From NCBI RefSeq assembly GCF_009914755.1, contig NC_060929.1: a stretch of 64,000 nt of DNA; one strand, given 5' to 3'. This DNA is from the human T2T-CHM13v2.0 reference genome, Homo sapiens. A program made the position numbers and the translations under genes. Below are positions 14,195 through 29,900 of the stretch, in pieces; positions within the stretch are counted from its first letter, which is position 1; each line of letters opens with the position of its first letter. The notes under the pieces were generated by a model. That model saw only the letters and a program-made list of their open reading frames with translations, made no database searches and had not been told where the DNA came from.

Positions 14195-14380
14195 AGCAGT
14201 TATTTTATGCCTATCTGTCACAGGCACAGTGCCAAACACCATATGTAACTTTTCACATTTTCCCCACTTTACAGATGAGGAAACAAGCTCAGAGAAGTTC
14301 TGTGGCAGTGAATGAGTGGTGGTGCTGTGAGTTAAACCCAGGCTCTGCCTAACTCCAAAGTTCGTGCTCTTAACCTCCAT
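14195..14380 (-). mobile_element. MIR fragment
   Basis: ccccactttacagatgaggaaac...aaacccaggctctgcctaactccaaag. Confidence 0.65.
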
Positions 14381-17184
14381 GATCTTGTCTCTGGCCCTCA
14401 TTTCCCCACCACACCCGGAGGTAGGCTGGGCTGGGTGGGCTGAGGCAGGGTCTTCCTAGGCCTTGCTGGCCAGAGCAGGAGGCTGGTGAAAGCCCAGGAC
14501 TTAAGGGACTTCAGAGGGGGACGTGGTTCCCTCTCACCCAAGGGGGAGCTCTTGACCTGCTGGAGGATCTGGGGCAGTGTAGCATCCCTGCTGGGGGCTT
14601 GGAAGTGCCACTACCCCCAAGGAAGCAAAGCAAGAGGCTTCCCTGGGGAACCTGTCTGGAGGGGAGGGAGGTTGGACATGTTGGTCAAGAAAGAGCGTCT
14701 TCACTCAGAAATCCTCCAGCAGTACGAGGTCAGTGAGATGAAAATGAGTAATTTTGTGCTTCTGAAGCAACAACCTACTTGACAGCAATATTTAATGGTC
14801 ATATCCAGGGTCTTTTCAAACCCTGACAGGAAATCCCAAGAGGTAGGCAGGTGGGGCCAATGCCCGCTTGACAGAGGGTTACTGGGGTTCTGTGAGGTGA
14901 CATCATGCCCTGGGAAGAGCCCAGCTCACGGGCTAGGATTTGGGCTTCTGGACTCCCCGAGGGGATCGTGCCCTCCTCCAGGCCCCTCCACCAGCCTGGG
15001 CTCAGTGGATATCCCTGCCTGGAGGGGCTGGGTGAGTCTCTGTGAGCCTGGGGGGCTGGGTGGGCTTCAGTTGCCCCACTGTGGGCTCTGGACTGTGGGA
15101 GAGTTGAGAGGCCTTGGTGGAGATAATGCCAAGCTTGGGAGAAGCCAGGGGTTCACCATGAATTGTGTGTGCCTGTACTCATTCCGGCCTTGGTGACAAT
15201 AGGAATGCCAGCTTGGGGATGGAGGAAGGATCCTTGGCCACACCGTGCCTGGGGTGGGGTCTTTTGTGTAAGGGTATCCTTTATTGAGTTGCATTTACCC
15301 AGCGGGAGAGAGGTGTGCGTGTGTGTGTGTGCGCCTGTGTGGGCATGTGTGTGCACAAAGAGGCTGGAGTCTGGGTGGTGATGCGCATCCATCCCAGTGT
15401 GTCCTGGAAAGTTCCCAGATAGGCCACAGGAGGGAACGGTTTGGGGAAACCCTTGCTGGGCCCCGCCACAGCCTGGCAGGTGGTGAAGTGGCCAGCCACT
15501 TTGTGGCTACGATGCCTTAGAGAGTTTGCCAAGCACTTTCTGTGAAGTCATTGGGATGTTAAACCCTTGGTTCAATTAAATGGGTTAATAAGCATTGTCT
15601 GATTTTGATGAGGAATAATAATATAATGTGATAATAGCAATAATGGTGCTATTAGCTGCGATTATTACACGTGCTGCACTGTCCCAGGCATGGAGGGGGG
15701 GCGGCTTGCATTCCCGCATGCTCAGGCCGCATTTTCCACTCATAAAACCCCATTCTTCAAAGTCTTTCCAGCCCAACTCCCGATATCCATTTTCAGGACA
15801 AATTACCAACACTTAAAAAAAATTGGTCCATTTTGCGTGAAAGCCAAGTTCAAATTACTGTTACTTTCCCCTTTATGTTGGAAACTTAAAAAAGGATAGG
15901 GGTGGGAGCTGAGGGGGACACAGGGGACAGATACAGGAGGCGAGGCAGAGGAGGGGGAAAGAGAGAGAACGGTGTATGGATGAAGAAGAAAAAAGCGAGC
16001 CTTCTTGTTTCAGTAAAAATGTATTTCTGGAATGATGTTTCAGTTTACTCAGGCAGAAAAATTAGAAATGGTGTGCTTATTAAACAGGCTAAGTAAGCAT
16101 GACTATTTTTAGTAGTGTAGTAAAACCTTGGTAATTTGGACCTCTTTAATAAAGATTCCATGATCATGGTGGCTGGCAGGCACACACTGTGTGTGTGTGT
16201 GTTGTGTGTGTGTCAGGGCAAGGTAGGGGTGCAGATCGGTTGCTGAGTTGGAGGCTGGGGAGCGGGGAGGGTGCAAGAAGGGACGGAAGGAAAAGGGAAG
16301 GACTCCCTCTTAGGAGAACCTGCTTCAAACACTGAACTCTTTTGCTTAGTAATCAAAGATCGTTATAAATTCTTCTCACTGAACACTTTTATTGGCACCT
16401 ACTAGTATGACATCTGTTCAAAGAAGAATGTATTTGAAAACAAAAGTTTCATTTCTGTAAAAATCTGTAAAAGTTTACTTGATAGCTGTCATACTGGCCT
16501 CCCTCAAATGAGGCTGCATCCCAGGTAGGTGATGACTGGCACCTCAGTGGGAGGACAGGGGCAGTGGGCGGAAGGCTATTCCCTGTCCTGCGGGTCACAG
16601 GGTTTTGTATTTTTAAAATAATCATTATTTTATTTCATCATTGCAAAACTGATACATTGTCAGTGCAAAAAGACCTTGAAAGGAACAAATTTAAAAAATG
16701 CTCATTTTCCCCGTCAGAGGTAGGTGTTATTAACACTTTGTACATATCCATAAATTTCTCTGTGCATATATAAGAACAAAAATGGCACTGTGCTTAAGAC
16801 TGTTTTGTTACTTGCCTTGTTTAGCTTTTTTGACAGAGAAGCTCGGTTAAGAAAAAGGGCAATAGTGAATCTATATTTAATTTTATGCCAAACTTACAAA
16901 GAAAAGTCATGCATCCCGGGTTGCTCTTTCTTGGCCACATAGTAGACGCTAGATAAAGGAAGTGTCCTTAATGGGGTCCCACTGCTATGCTGCATAGAAA
17001 GATGAAGAGTCAGGATGAGGGCCATGCAAGGGGTCAGCTATTGTTGGGGCCTCCAAGGGGCTGCTGGTCGAAGAGGATTCTAGGGAAAGGTTTGCCAAAC
17101 AGTGAACACAGCCCCTGGGAGTCCTGGGAACCAGCCTCTAAATGCCTCTCTGGGTAACGAAGGGCATAAACACAGATATACTTT

Positions 17185-18385
<1,201 letters not shown>

Positions 18386-18563
18386 ATTGTTCAGAAACAC
18401 TTTTAAAAGCGGTGCCAAGAGCTGCCTGTGCTGAAAAGGAGTGAGCGAGTGAGTGGCAGAAGGGAAGATGCAAGAGAGAGGACACAAAGGAGTGCAGAGA
18501 GGGGGAAAGGGTCAAGATTTGTTTTGTGGAATGTGGGGGTGAGGGAGGGCCTTCCCTCAATTC

Positions 18564-18838
18564 TTTTTTTTTTTTTTTTCTTTTTTAGATGGCGTCTTGC
18601 ACTGTCGCCCAGGCTGGAGTGCAGTGGCACTATCTTGGCTCACTGCAAGCTCCGCATCCCGGGTTCACGCCATTCTCCTGCCTCAGCCTGCTGAGTAGCT
18701 GGGACTACAGGCACCTGTGACCACACCCAGCTAATATTTTTTTTTTGTATTTTTAGTAGAGACGGAGTTTCACCGTGTTAGCCAGAATGGTCTCGATCTC
18801 CTGACCTCGTGATCCACCCGCCTCAGCCTCCTAAAGTG
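18564..18838 (-). mobile_element. 5'-truncated AluY
   Basis: AluY diagnostics; lacks the first ~35 nt; perfect TSD cctcaattctttt (18555-18567 / 18839-18851). Confidence 0.9.
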
Positions 18839-19854
18839 CCTCAATTCTTTTATTCAACAAATATTTATTGAGCATCTACTATGTGCAGACACTTCTGAGG
18901 GGTTGCTGTCTATACCTGTTTGACTCAGTTCACCATGCTGGCTGTCTGACTACACTGATCCTGTTCAGCTGCCAGGGCCAGCCTCTGGGAGGCAGTGCTT
19001 ATAGTCACAGCCCATTGACTCTGCAGTCAGGCTAGGGATTGAGTCCCTAAAGTGGTGTGGTACAGCTTAGGACAGGTTACATGACCTCTTTGAGCTCCCC
19101 ATTTCCCATTTATAAAATGAAGCTAATAAGAGAAATGAAACATGTCAAGTGCAGTGGGGGACAGCACAGAGTGAGACATATGCCTCAGCCAGCCACAGCA
19201 GCTTTCATCCCCTGTGAGGGCCAGCCTGCCCTCTGCCTCCTCCCTGCTCCACAAGCAGCTTCCTGCACCCTGACCTGCTCCTCAGCAGTGGTCTGATTCA
19301 TGGAATTGCAGCCCCTCCAGCCAGGGCTCCAGTGGCCCTCTCTCGTGAGTGCTCTGCAGCTGCTTGACAGGTAGAGGTAGACACCTGCCCTGGGCAGTAC
19401 CAGCCAGTCAGGAGGCAGGACCCAGGAACCTGCAAAAGCAACGTGGGAGTGTGAAGAGTGGGGTTCCCCTGATGGGAGAGGCAAGGAGGCAGGGACCAGC
19501 AGGGGCTGGGGGGGTGGCCTCAGGGTTGGGGGGGGTCTCCCCATCTCAGAAACAGGAAACTTGTAATCCGGACTGACGTGGGAGCTTGGATTTTGTGATT
19601 GAGAATTCAGGGCCCTTTCTTCACCAAAAAGCTGCTCTGTGCCTCTGTCTGCCCCTACCCCAGGGCTTCCTCTGTCCCTGATACCTGTACGCTTTGCTGC
19701 TGTCACATAGCCCGGAGCTTAGGAGGGCAAATCCTAGGGCCTGGGGCCTTTTCAGTCTCAGTCCTGGAGCCCAGCTGAGTCTAGCTTCTTGAAGAGAATT
19801 CTAATTTTTTATTTCCTTTCCCTCCTGAATACAAATGTGATTCATGTAAGGGTA

Positions 19855-20045
19855 ATGTACAGCACAGTGGGTGCGAGCGCAGGCCCTGGTCAGAGGGTCT
19901 GAGTTCAGGTGCTGCCTCTACCCCTCATTAGCTGCCTGTGCCATGTTGGGCAAGTTACTGATTCCCTTTGAGCTTCAGTTTCTTCCCGTGAAAAATAAGG
20001 ATAACAAATCCCTCCCTCATGAAATTGCTCTGAGGAGCTTGCTGG
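19855..20045 (+). mobile_element. MIR fragment
   Basis: ttgggcaagttactg...tttgagcttcagtttcttcccgtgaaaaataaggataa. Confidence 0.6.
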
Positions 20046-22770
20046 GGCCTGGCGCTCAGGAAGAGCCTGCTGTTAGCTACTCATAACATGATATGCAAAC
20101 AAAAAGAAGTGTCCAGGCATCCTTGCCCCATGGTGCTGGGCGCCCCCAGAAGAGCATGCTGGGGTGAGTACCCCTGCTTCGCCCCCTGCCCCGCGTCCTG
20201 TCCCTGCTCATCTCTTAGGGTATTGACTGGGCTCTGCCTCTCCCCAGAGGCCAGGTAGGTGGCAGGAATTGGGTCTGGTTCCTCTCCCAGGGCCTGGCCC
20301 ACAAAAGATTGGTGGGGAGATTGTACCACAGGACAATAGGCTGGGTGATCGAGGGCCCAGAATCTAGGATAGTTCCTGGGGTGGGGTGGGGGTGTGGCCA
20401 GGAAGACTGTCAATCATGACTCATATTCAGGACACCCTGCAGAGGTGGGGACGGAAAGCTGAGCTGGGAAAATCCCAAATGACGTCTAAAGTGACCTGTT
20501 GAGAAATTTTGACAGGTAAGTCCTAATAATGCAGAAAGCGGGGAATAGGACCTCAAGAGGAGAACCAGGGCATTTCACTTTAATAAAAGAATAGCAATAC
20601 CAGCCTCACAGGGCTGCGTGCAGGTAAAGGGGCTCATGAATGAGGAGTGTACACTTAGCTTGGGGCTTGGGGCCTTGTGTTGGTTCAGTCAGCATTGGAG
20701 CTTGGTACTGAACATAGGGATGGAGCCACCTCCCCAGAAGGGCCTTGCCTGACCACCTGGTTTAAAGTGAGACCCCCTTTACTCTCACAGCATCCTGTTG
20801 TTTTTCAGCCTAGGTTGTAATTACACACGTCTATTTACTTGTCCAGCAGAGCGGGGGCTGCGTCTGTTTCCACTGCTCCATCCTAGCACTGACAGCAGGG
20901 GCACAGTCAATGTTGAATGAATGGCGGTCTCCTCCCCGTCTTCTTCAGGCAAAGCTGGCTAGGAATTCTGCCTTTTTTTTTTTTTTTCCAGAGGATTGGG
21001 CTTTCAGAGCCCCCTACAGTCTCTAGCCCCCTTCAGAGATGACCCTGCAGCCGGAGCAGCGGGGAAGGTCTGCATGCTGTAGTCTCTGCCAGCCACAGAT
21101 GGGTGGGAACAGCTGGGAGGGGCCTGCAGCTGGGTCTTTCACTCACCTGCTTGGCCACAGTCCTTGATGGATGACGGGGTCATTCTGGGACTACTTCTGC
21201 CCTTCGACCCGTCTGCAGCTGTTTGGCCTGTGGCCCCACAGATACACTGCATCTCCACCTGAGCCCTGTGTGGCTCCCCTTGCACCTGGTGCTAGACCTG
21301 ACTTTCGGGACAGGCTTCCTTTTTGCTCTTCACTTTCCTCCAGCCCGCCTCCTTCTAGGTCTCCCCTGACTCCTGCCCTCAGCTGAGACCAGGGCCCTCT
21401 GGCCTTGGCAGATGCGTGAGGCTGAGGGAGGCCCTGAGTCCAGATGTGGTTGTGTTTATGTTCCCAGAGAGTGAGGGGTCGGAGCTCTGGACTGGAGCCG
21501 CTGGGGGAGGGGTGGTCTGGCTCCAACACCCTGCCCTATTCCACCCCCACCCCCACTAGCCTGTGTATCTGGCCCTGTCCATCTCAGAGCTCCACACTCC
21601 AGGTCTCACAGCATCAGGCTGACCATCCTCCAGGGAGGACCTCTCTTCATTCCTCATCTGAAGGTGAGAAAACCAGTGGAAAGATGCCTGGCTTTGGAAT
21701 TAAAAAACCTACTGGCTCAGTGTGACCTTGGCCCAGCTACAGAGCCTTGGTTCCATCTGTAAAATAGGGACAACACTCCTGACCTCAAAGGCTGTGTTGA
21801 CCTGGCTTGAGAATGTGTGCACAGGGCTCTCCAGCTGTCAGCTCGTGACTAGGCCTGTGGCTGTGCCCTACTCCTAGCTAGGGCTTGCCTGGGTCCAGGG
21901 CAGTGCCAACCCCCATCATAAGGTGATTCTAAAGCAGAATATCAACCCCTCCTTCCTCCCCCACTGCAGCTGCAAACATTTTGTTTTGCCATTAGAAATG
22001 ACTTACTTAAGGGAAGCAGAATTTTACAGGCAGTTTACAGGCTGGTCTTGTTCAGTAGTTTCCAAAAGCCAGGGGAGGGCGGAGGCGGCCAGCAGTCCCC
22101 ACAAGTTGGGATGGATTGGAAGTGAGAAGTGAGTCCTGTGTGACGGACACTTTCTCCTGCACAGCCGCACGCCCCTCGGTGGGCTCTCGGCACGTTGCGG
22201 GCATTAGGGAGAAAGGCAGCGGGAGGCCCTCGCTATACTCTGATAGATCCAGCCCCCTCAGTCCTCCTGGAATAGCCTGGCCCTGGCTCCGAGGAGAGAA
22301 GAGGGGCTGTTGCTGGGCCCACAGAAGAAAAGGCAACCCCAGGCATAAAGAGGCTCTCAGCAGCCCCTGCCCGAACGCTCCTGGCAGGCAAGGGCCCCAT
22401 AGCACCCTGGGGCCTCGAGGGTCACCGCAGACCCGGCCTGGGAAGAAACCCGTAGAGTCCCGCAGCCGCGGAGGGAGGGGGTTCTCGCTAAGGCGTCCCG
22501 CGGACAACGCCGAGAGGCACAGCTTAGCGGGTGCGCACCGGACAGGCTCGCAACGCAGGACGGTGCCCTCATGGGAGCCAGGCTGAGTAGGTCAAGAATG
22601 GTGGTGGGGAAGCGGGGTAGGCAGACCTCGGCGGGGGCTGCCTCGGCGCTCTGCTCCTACCCAAGGGGCCCGGTTCCCTTTCTACCCACAGTTCCCTTTC
22701 TATCCGCCTCCCTCCTCAGCCCAATGAAGCAGTCGGGGCTCAGCAGTGCTTAGCACGCTCGGACTATGGT

Positions 22771-22813
22771 TTTAATAGACGTACATGGACAAGTCGATAT
22801 AGACAGATTTATT
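22771..22813 (-). terminator. PITX1: PITX1 polyadenylation signals
   Basis: On the - strand, AATAAA at 22808-22813 (overlapping a TGTA) and ATTAAA at 22771-22776, about 1 kb after the stop. Confidence 0.75.
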
Positions 22814-22871
22814 ACAGTCAGTCCAACATACACAGGGACGCTGTAAACAGGGGCGCGGGCCGGAGAGCGGG

Positions 22872-22879
22872 TGTGCAAA
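22872..22879 (-). promoter_or_regulatory. miR-19 family 8mer site in PITX1 3' UTR
   Basis: mRNA sense UUUGCACA is the canonical 8mer match to the miR-19a/b seed GUGCAAA. Confidence 0.65.
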
Positions 22880-23053
22880 GTGGGCGCAGGGCCCTGGGGC
22901 CGCGCCCCTTGCTCTGCCGGCTCGACTCTTGCACGGCGGGCGGTGAGGAGGGGGCTGTTCGCCCAGACAGAGGGCCACCTCCTAGCCCGGGAGCAGAGCA
23001 GAGGGCCTGGGCCTGCAGCTAAGCTCAAGGCTGGGGTGTTCTGAGATGGACCT

Positions 23054-23757
23054 CCCCCACCTCCCGCCAGGCCCGCACTGCCCGCTGTCGCTCCGTGGCC
23101 TTAATATAGGGCTCCGGGGCGCGGGGCCAGCGAGGCTCTACCAGGCGCGCCGGGGCCGTGTGCGGCTCCACTGAGTGCCCGATCCTGGGCTGGGGGCACC
23201 GTCCCCCCAAACCCAACGCCCGCCCCAACACGGATCCGACTCGAGCTAAGGCGCTCTCGGCCGGGCCTAGCTCGGAGAGGGCAACTTGGTTTGTACGGGG
23301 TCGGGAAATCCTAGGCAAGTCCAGGCCCCGCACATCCAGTCCGCAGGCCCGGCCACTCAGTCCGGATCCAGCGCGGCGGGGACGCGGGATACGAGGTCGT
23401 CCTCCCCCGGCCGCTGGGCCTCGGCGCTCGCCTACCGCGCCGCGTGCCCTCCGCGGAGTGGGCCTCCGGGGCCCGTGGGAACACACACACACCACCCGCG
23501 CCATCCCGAGAGAAATTGCAACTCATCCATTTTTTCGCGGCACTTTTCTCCGACGTCTTTTTGCTTTTTTTTTTTTTTTTTTTTTTTTGTCTTTTTGGAG
23601 GGCAGAGTGGGGTCCGGAAAAGCAAACACAAAACCAACCCGGAGTGGGAAGTGGGAGGAGGGGGCTGCGCAGGTGTGAGGTCCGCGGCGCGGTGAGCTGG
23701 GGCTTGCGAGCCGGGGCCCCGCGTGCGTCCTCCGCGCCCGCGCCCGCGCCCTTCCCC
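23054..23757 (-). promoter_or_regulatory. Three RNA G-quadruplex motifs in PITX1 3' UTR
   Basis: mRNA sense GGGGAAGGGCGCGGGCGCGGG (23737-23757), GGGGCGGGCGTTGGGTTTGGGGGG (23203-23226) and GGGCAGTGCGGGCCTGGCGGGAGGTGGGGG (23054-23083). These match the PITX1 3' UTR quadruplexes I recall being linked to DHX36/RHAU. Confidence 0.75.
23565..23588 (-). repeat. A24 tract in PITX1 3' UTR (T24 on + strand)
   Basis: 24 consecutive T on the + strand. Confidence 0.95.
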
Positions 23758-23793
23758 GCTCCGGCCGCCGGCCCGCGTGGTGCGGCGGGGCGG

Positions 23794-24360
<567 letters not shown>

Positions 24361-24449
24361 TCAGGGCCGCTGCGGGCCGGGAGGGACCCCACCCCCTTCC
24401 CCACCGCCTGGAGCCTTCCGTCGGCCCGCTGCCCTCCGAACGTCGTTTC

Positions 24450-25160
24450 TCTCCTTCGACCGATATTTCCGCTCCTGCATTCCCTCCACAATGGTTCCTT
24501 TCCTGTCCCCAGAAAATACTAATTTCTTTTTCCGATCTTTATCCTCTCCCGAAATTATATCCGTTTTCTTCTCCGAATACGGATTCTCGTTTAACAGATA
24601 TTCGTTTTCTTTCTTCCTCTCTCAACCAGTTCACCTCTGCCTTCTCCCCCAAACAGGTTCGCTCTATCTACTAAATATTTCAGTCTTTTTATTCTCCCTC
24701 AAATACAAAAGGTATTTTTCCTCCCTGAGACATAGGACTTTCCGACTCCCCCAATTCTTCGATCTATTTCATCGCTCAAATAGTTTGTTATCATCTTTAT
24801 CGGCAATATTTGATGTTTTCTTTTTGGCTCCAAATGTTTATTTTCGTTCAGTCCACCCCACTGTCTGAACCTCTTTCTTCTCCCTCAGTCTGTTTTCTTG
24901 TTTATCCCCCATTTTTGATCCTTTTGAATCGTCCTCAAATATTAGGCTTTTGAATCCTTTCCAAATATCTGACCTGCACTGTTCCCCTTAAACAGTTGAT
25001 TCTTTTTCTCAAATACCTGATCTTTTTGCTTCCTATTTAATTTCTTTCCTGCCGCCTAAATATATGCCAAATATGTTTCTCCACAAATATTTAAATTTTT
25101 TCTATTCTTACTAGATTCTTCTAATCTTCCTGCCCTTCCTTTTCTCCCCCCAAATTTGGT
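24450..25160. repeat. Cryptic degenerate ~26-bp tandem array in PITX1 intron 2
   Basis: Recurrent ctcc(c)caaata-ttt-(g)attcttttt-like units; A-run anchors at 24651, 24673, 24701, 24728, 24753, 24778, 24805, 24832. Confidence 0.6.
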
Positions 25161-26083
25161 AAGAACCTCCTAGTCCTCCCCCATCCTTACCTATCTGCCT
25201 ACCGCATGCCCTCTGCCCACTCGGATTTTCCTCCAGTTCTGAGTGGAGTTTCCTGAGCTAGTTTGCCAGATCCCTGCTTCTCAGCTTTCCCTAGTCCCCA
25301 GCACTGACACTACCTGATTCCACCCCCACCCACCCCTACCACCATAAACCTGGGCAGGATTAGTGAGTTCAGGATTACTGAGTGCTGTGTCTTCATTCCA
25401 AGTCCCACTGGGCTGGCCAGCCTGCCTAGGGAGGGGTGAGGGCTGGGGTTATGGTAAGGAGTCTGTGGGCCAGCTGGGATTTTGGTCGACTTGGGAGGTG
25501 CTCCCAATATCTGATTAAATATTTACGCCCCCAGGGAAGAAATGATTCTCTTGCTACCCTGGCAGGAAAGCCTTGCTTTTACTGGAAACCAAACGGGTGA
25601 GAAGAGGGAGAATGCAGGCTGGTCTTGGGTCTGAGATGGCATATCCTAAAAGGGACTGGGAAGGACATTTGGCTCCCGGAGCCACCCCCCACCTCACCTG
25701 ACGGGAGACCTTCCGGAAAGGGCAGAAGGCAAAGGGTCCTACTGATGGCTGGGGAGGGTGGAGAATATCTTGAGCTTTTAGAGAATCTGCTTATGAGATG
25801 GGACCACTGCTCCAGGAAGTTTTGAGAGCCCCAAACCCAGGCACCTTTCAGGCTTCTCCGAGGCAGCCAGACAGGACCTGCCTTTCCCTTTCGTTTTCGG
25901 GATAAGGCCAACAGCTCCCGAGGTCCCCAGCGGCAGGGAATCCACTGCCCAGTCTCTGGCCCAGGGTATCCTGCTAACATCTGAGTGGGTCCTGGGCCCC
26001 ATAGGGCATGGGGGAGTCCCCTGGGGGCACAGGTCTTTGGGCTGGGGTTGCCTTAGTCCGAGGATCAGGTAGGATGAGGGTCA

Positions 26084-26800
<717 letters not shown>

Positions 26801-27399
26801 CAGATTCTGACCCTGCTGCTGATGTTCCCAGCAAATGTATGCTTTTTGTTTGTTTGTTTTGCGAACTCTTAGGGGGTCTAAATCTGAGGGGGTCTCTGCT
26901 TTTCTGAACTAGGATCAGATCTCTCCAGCCTAAAGTCCCTCCACTTTCTTCTCCTCAGGGGTGTATGGGAGCCCCACTGGGCAGGCACAACACAGCCGGG
27001 TTCTCGGCCTTGCTTCCAGGCCTCCAGTCCCAAAGCCTAGAAAACCCCACCAACTGCAGCCCAGACAGACAGACTCTGTCTAGGTGACCTCGGGCTTTAG
27101 TCTGTCTCTCTTTGAAGCTACACAAAACACACGCAGTCATAGAAACATTAATACATAAAGAAAAAGAGTTTAAAAACAAAACACAGAAGCCCAGAAAAGC
27201 TCACAGCTCTATGCCTAAAGACACTGAAAGGGCCACAAATTCTCAAAATCAGACAGGAAGAAACACAGAGCAAATGTAAATTAAGAAGCCAGAAAGCTCC
27301 GTACAAACACACCCCTAACTAAATACAGAGCTGTAAGTGTATAAACTCCAGGTTGACAGAAGCATTTATTTCTCTGGGATTTAAAAAAATAATGTACCG

Positions 27400-27625
27400 T
27401 TGTAGATAGATTTTTAACTCCTTCCCAATAAGGCCCTTGTAGAGATAATTTTTAAATCCCAGAGAAACACATTATAGTTAGATAATTTAAATTCCCCAAA
27501 TAACACCACTGTAAATGGATTTTGAGAAAATTCCGGAGAAACGCGCCATTTTGGATTGACTTTTTAAAATCTCCGGAAGAATAATGTTGCATGTAGATAT
27601 TTTAAATTCCAGACCTACACTTCGT
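27400..27625. repeat. Degenerate ~37-bp tandem array in PITX1 intron 1
   Basis: About 6 units of tgtagata.attttta(a)attcc.aga.aa; ttt(t)aa anchors near 27413, 27451, 27486, 27521, 27563, 27601. Confidence 0.6.
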
Positions 27626-27899
27626 ACGTTAATTCTTTCAGAATCGAAAGATACAGTTAAAATTAATTCATCCTCATAGATTTGGTTCAAAAAAATCAAT
27701 ATACGATTATATATCTCTCTAGGTTTTAAAAATAAAACCAACCAAAGACCGCGCTTAAAACTTTTGAAAACAAAAGTAGAGTTCAGCGTTGATTATGTTT
27801 TAACCAAGCAAACAACCTCTCAGAAAAATCACTTAGGGATGCAAAAGAGAAACAGATACTAAGAAAGTGGAGAGAAACATTCAGCTGTGTATTAAGAAA

Positions 27900-29900
<2,001 letters not shown>

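Noticed and set aside
27400-27625. Spaced repeats superficially like a CRISPR array
   Set aside because: Units are degenerate and contiguous with no unique spacers; human intron; no cas genes.
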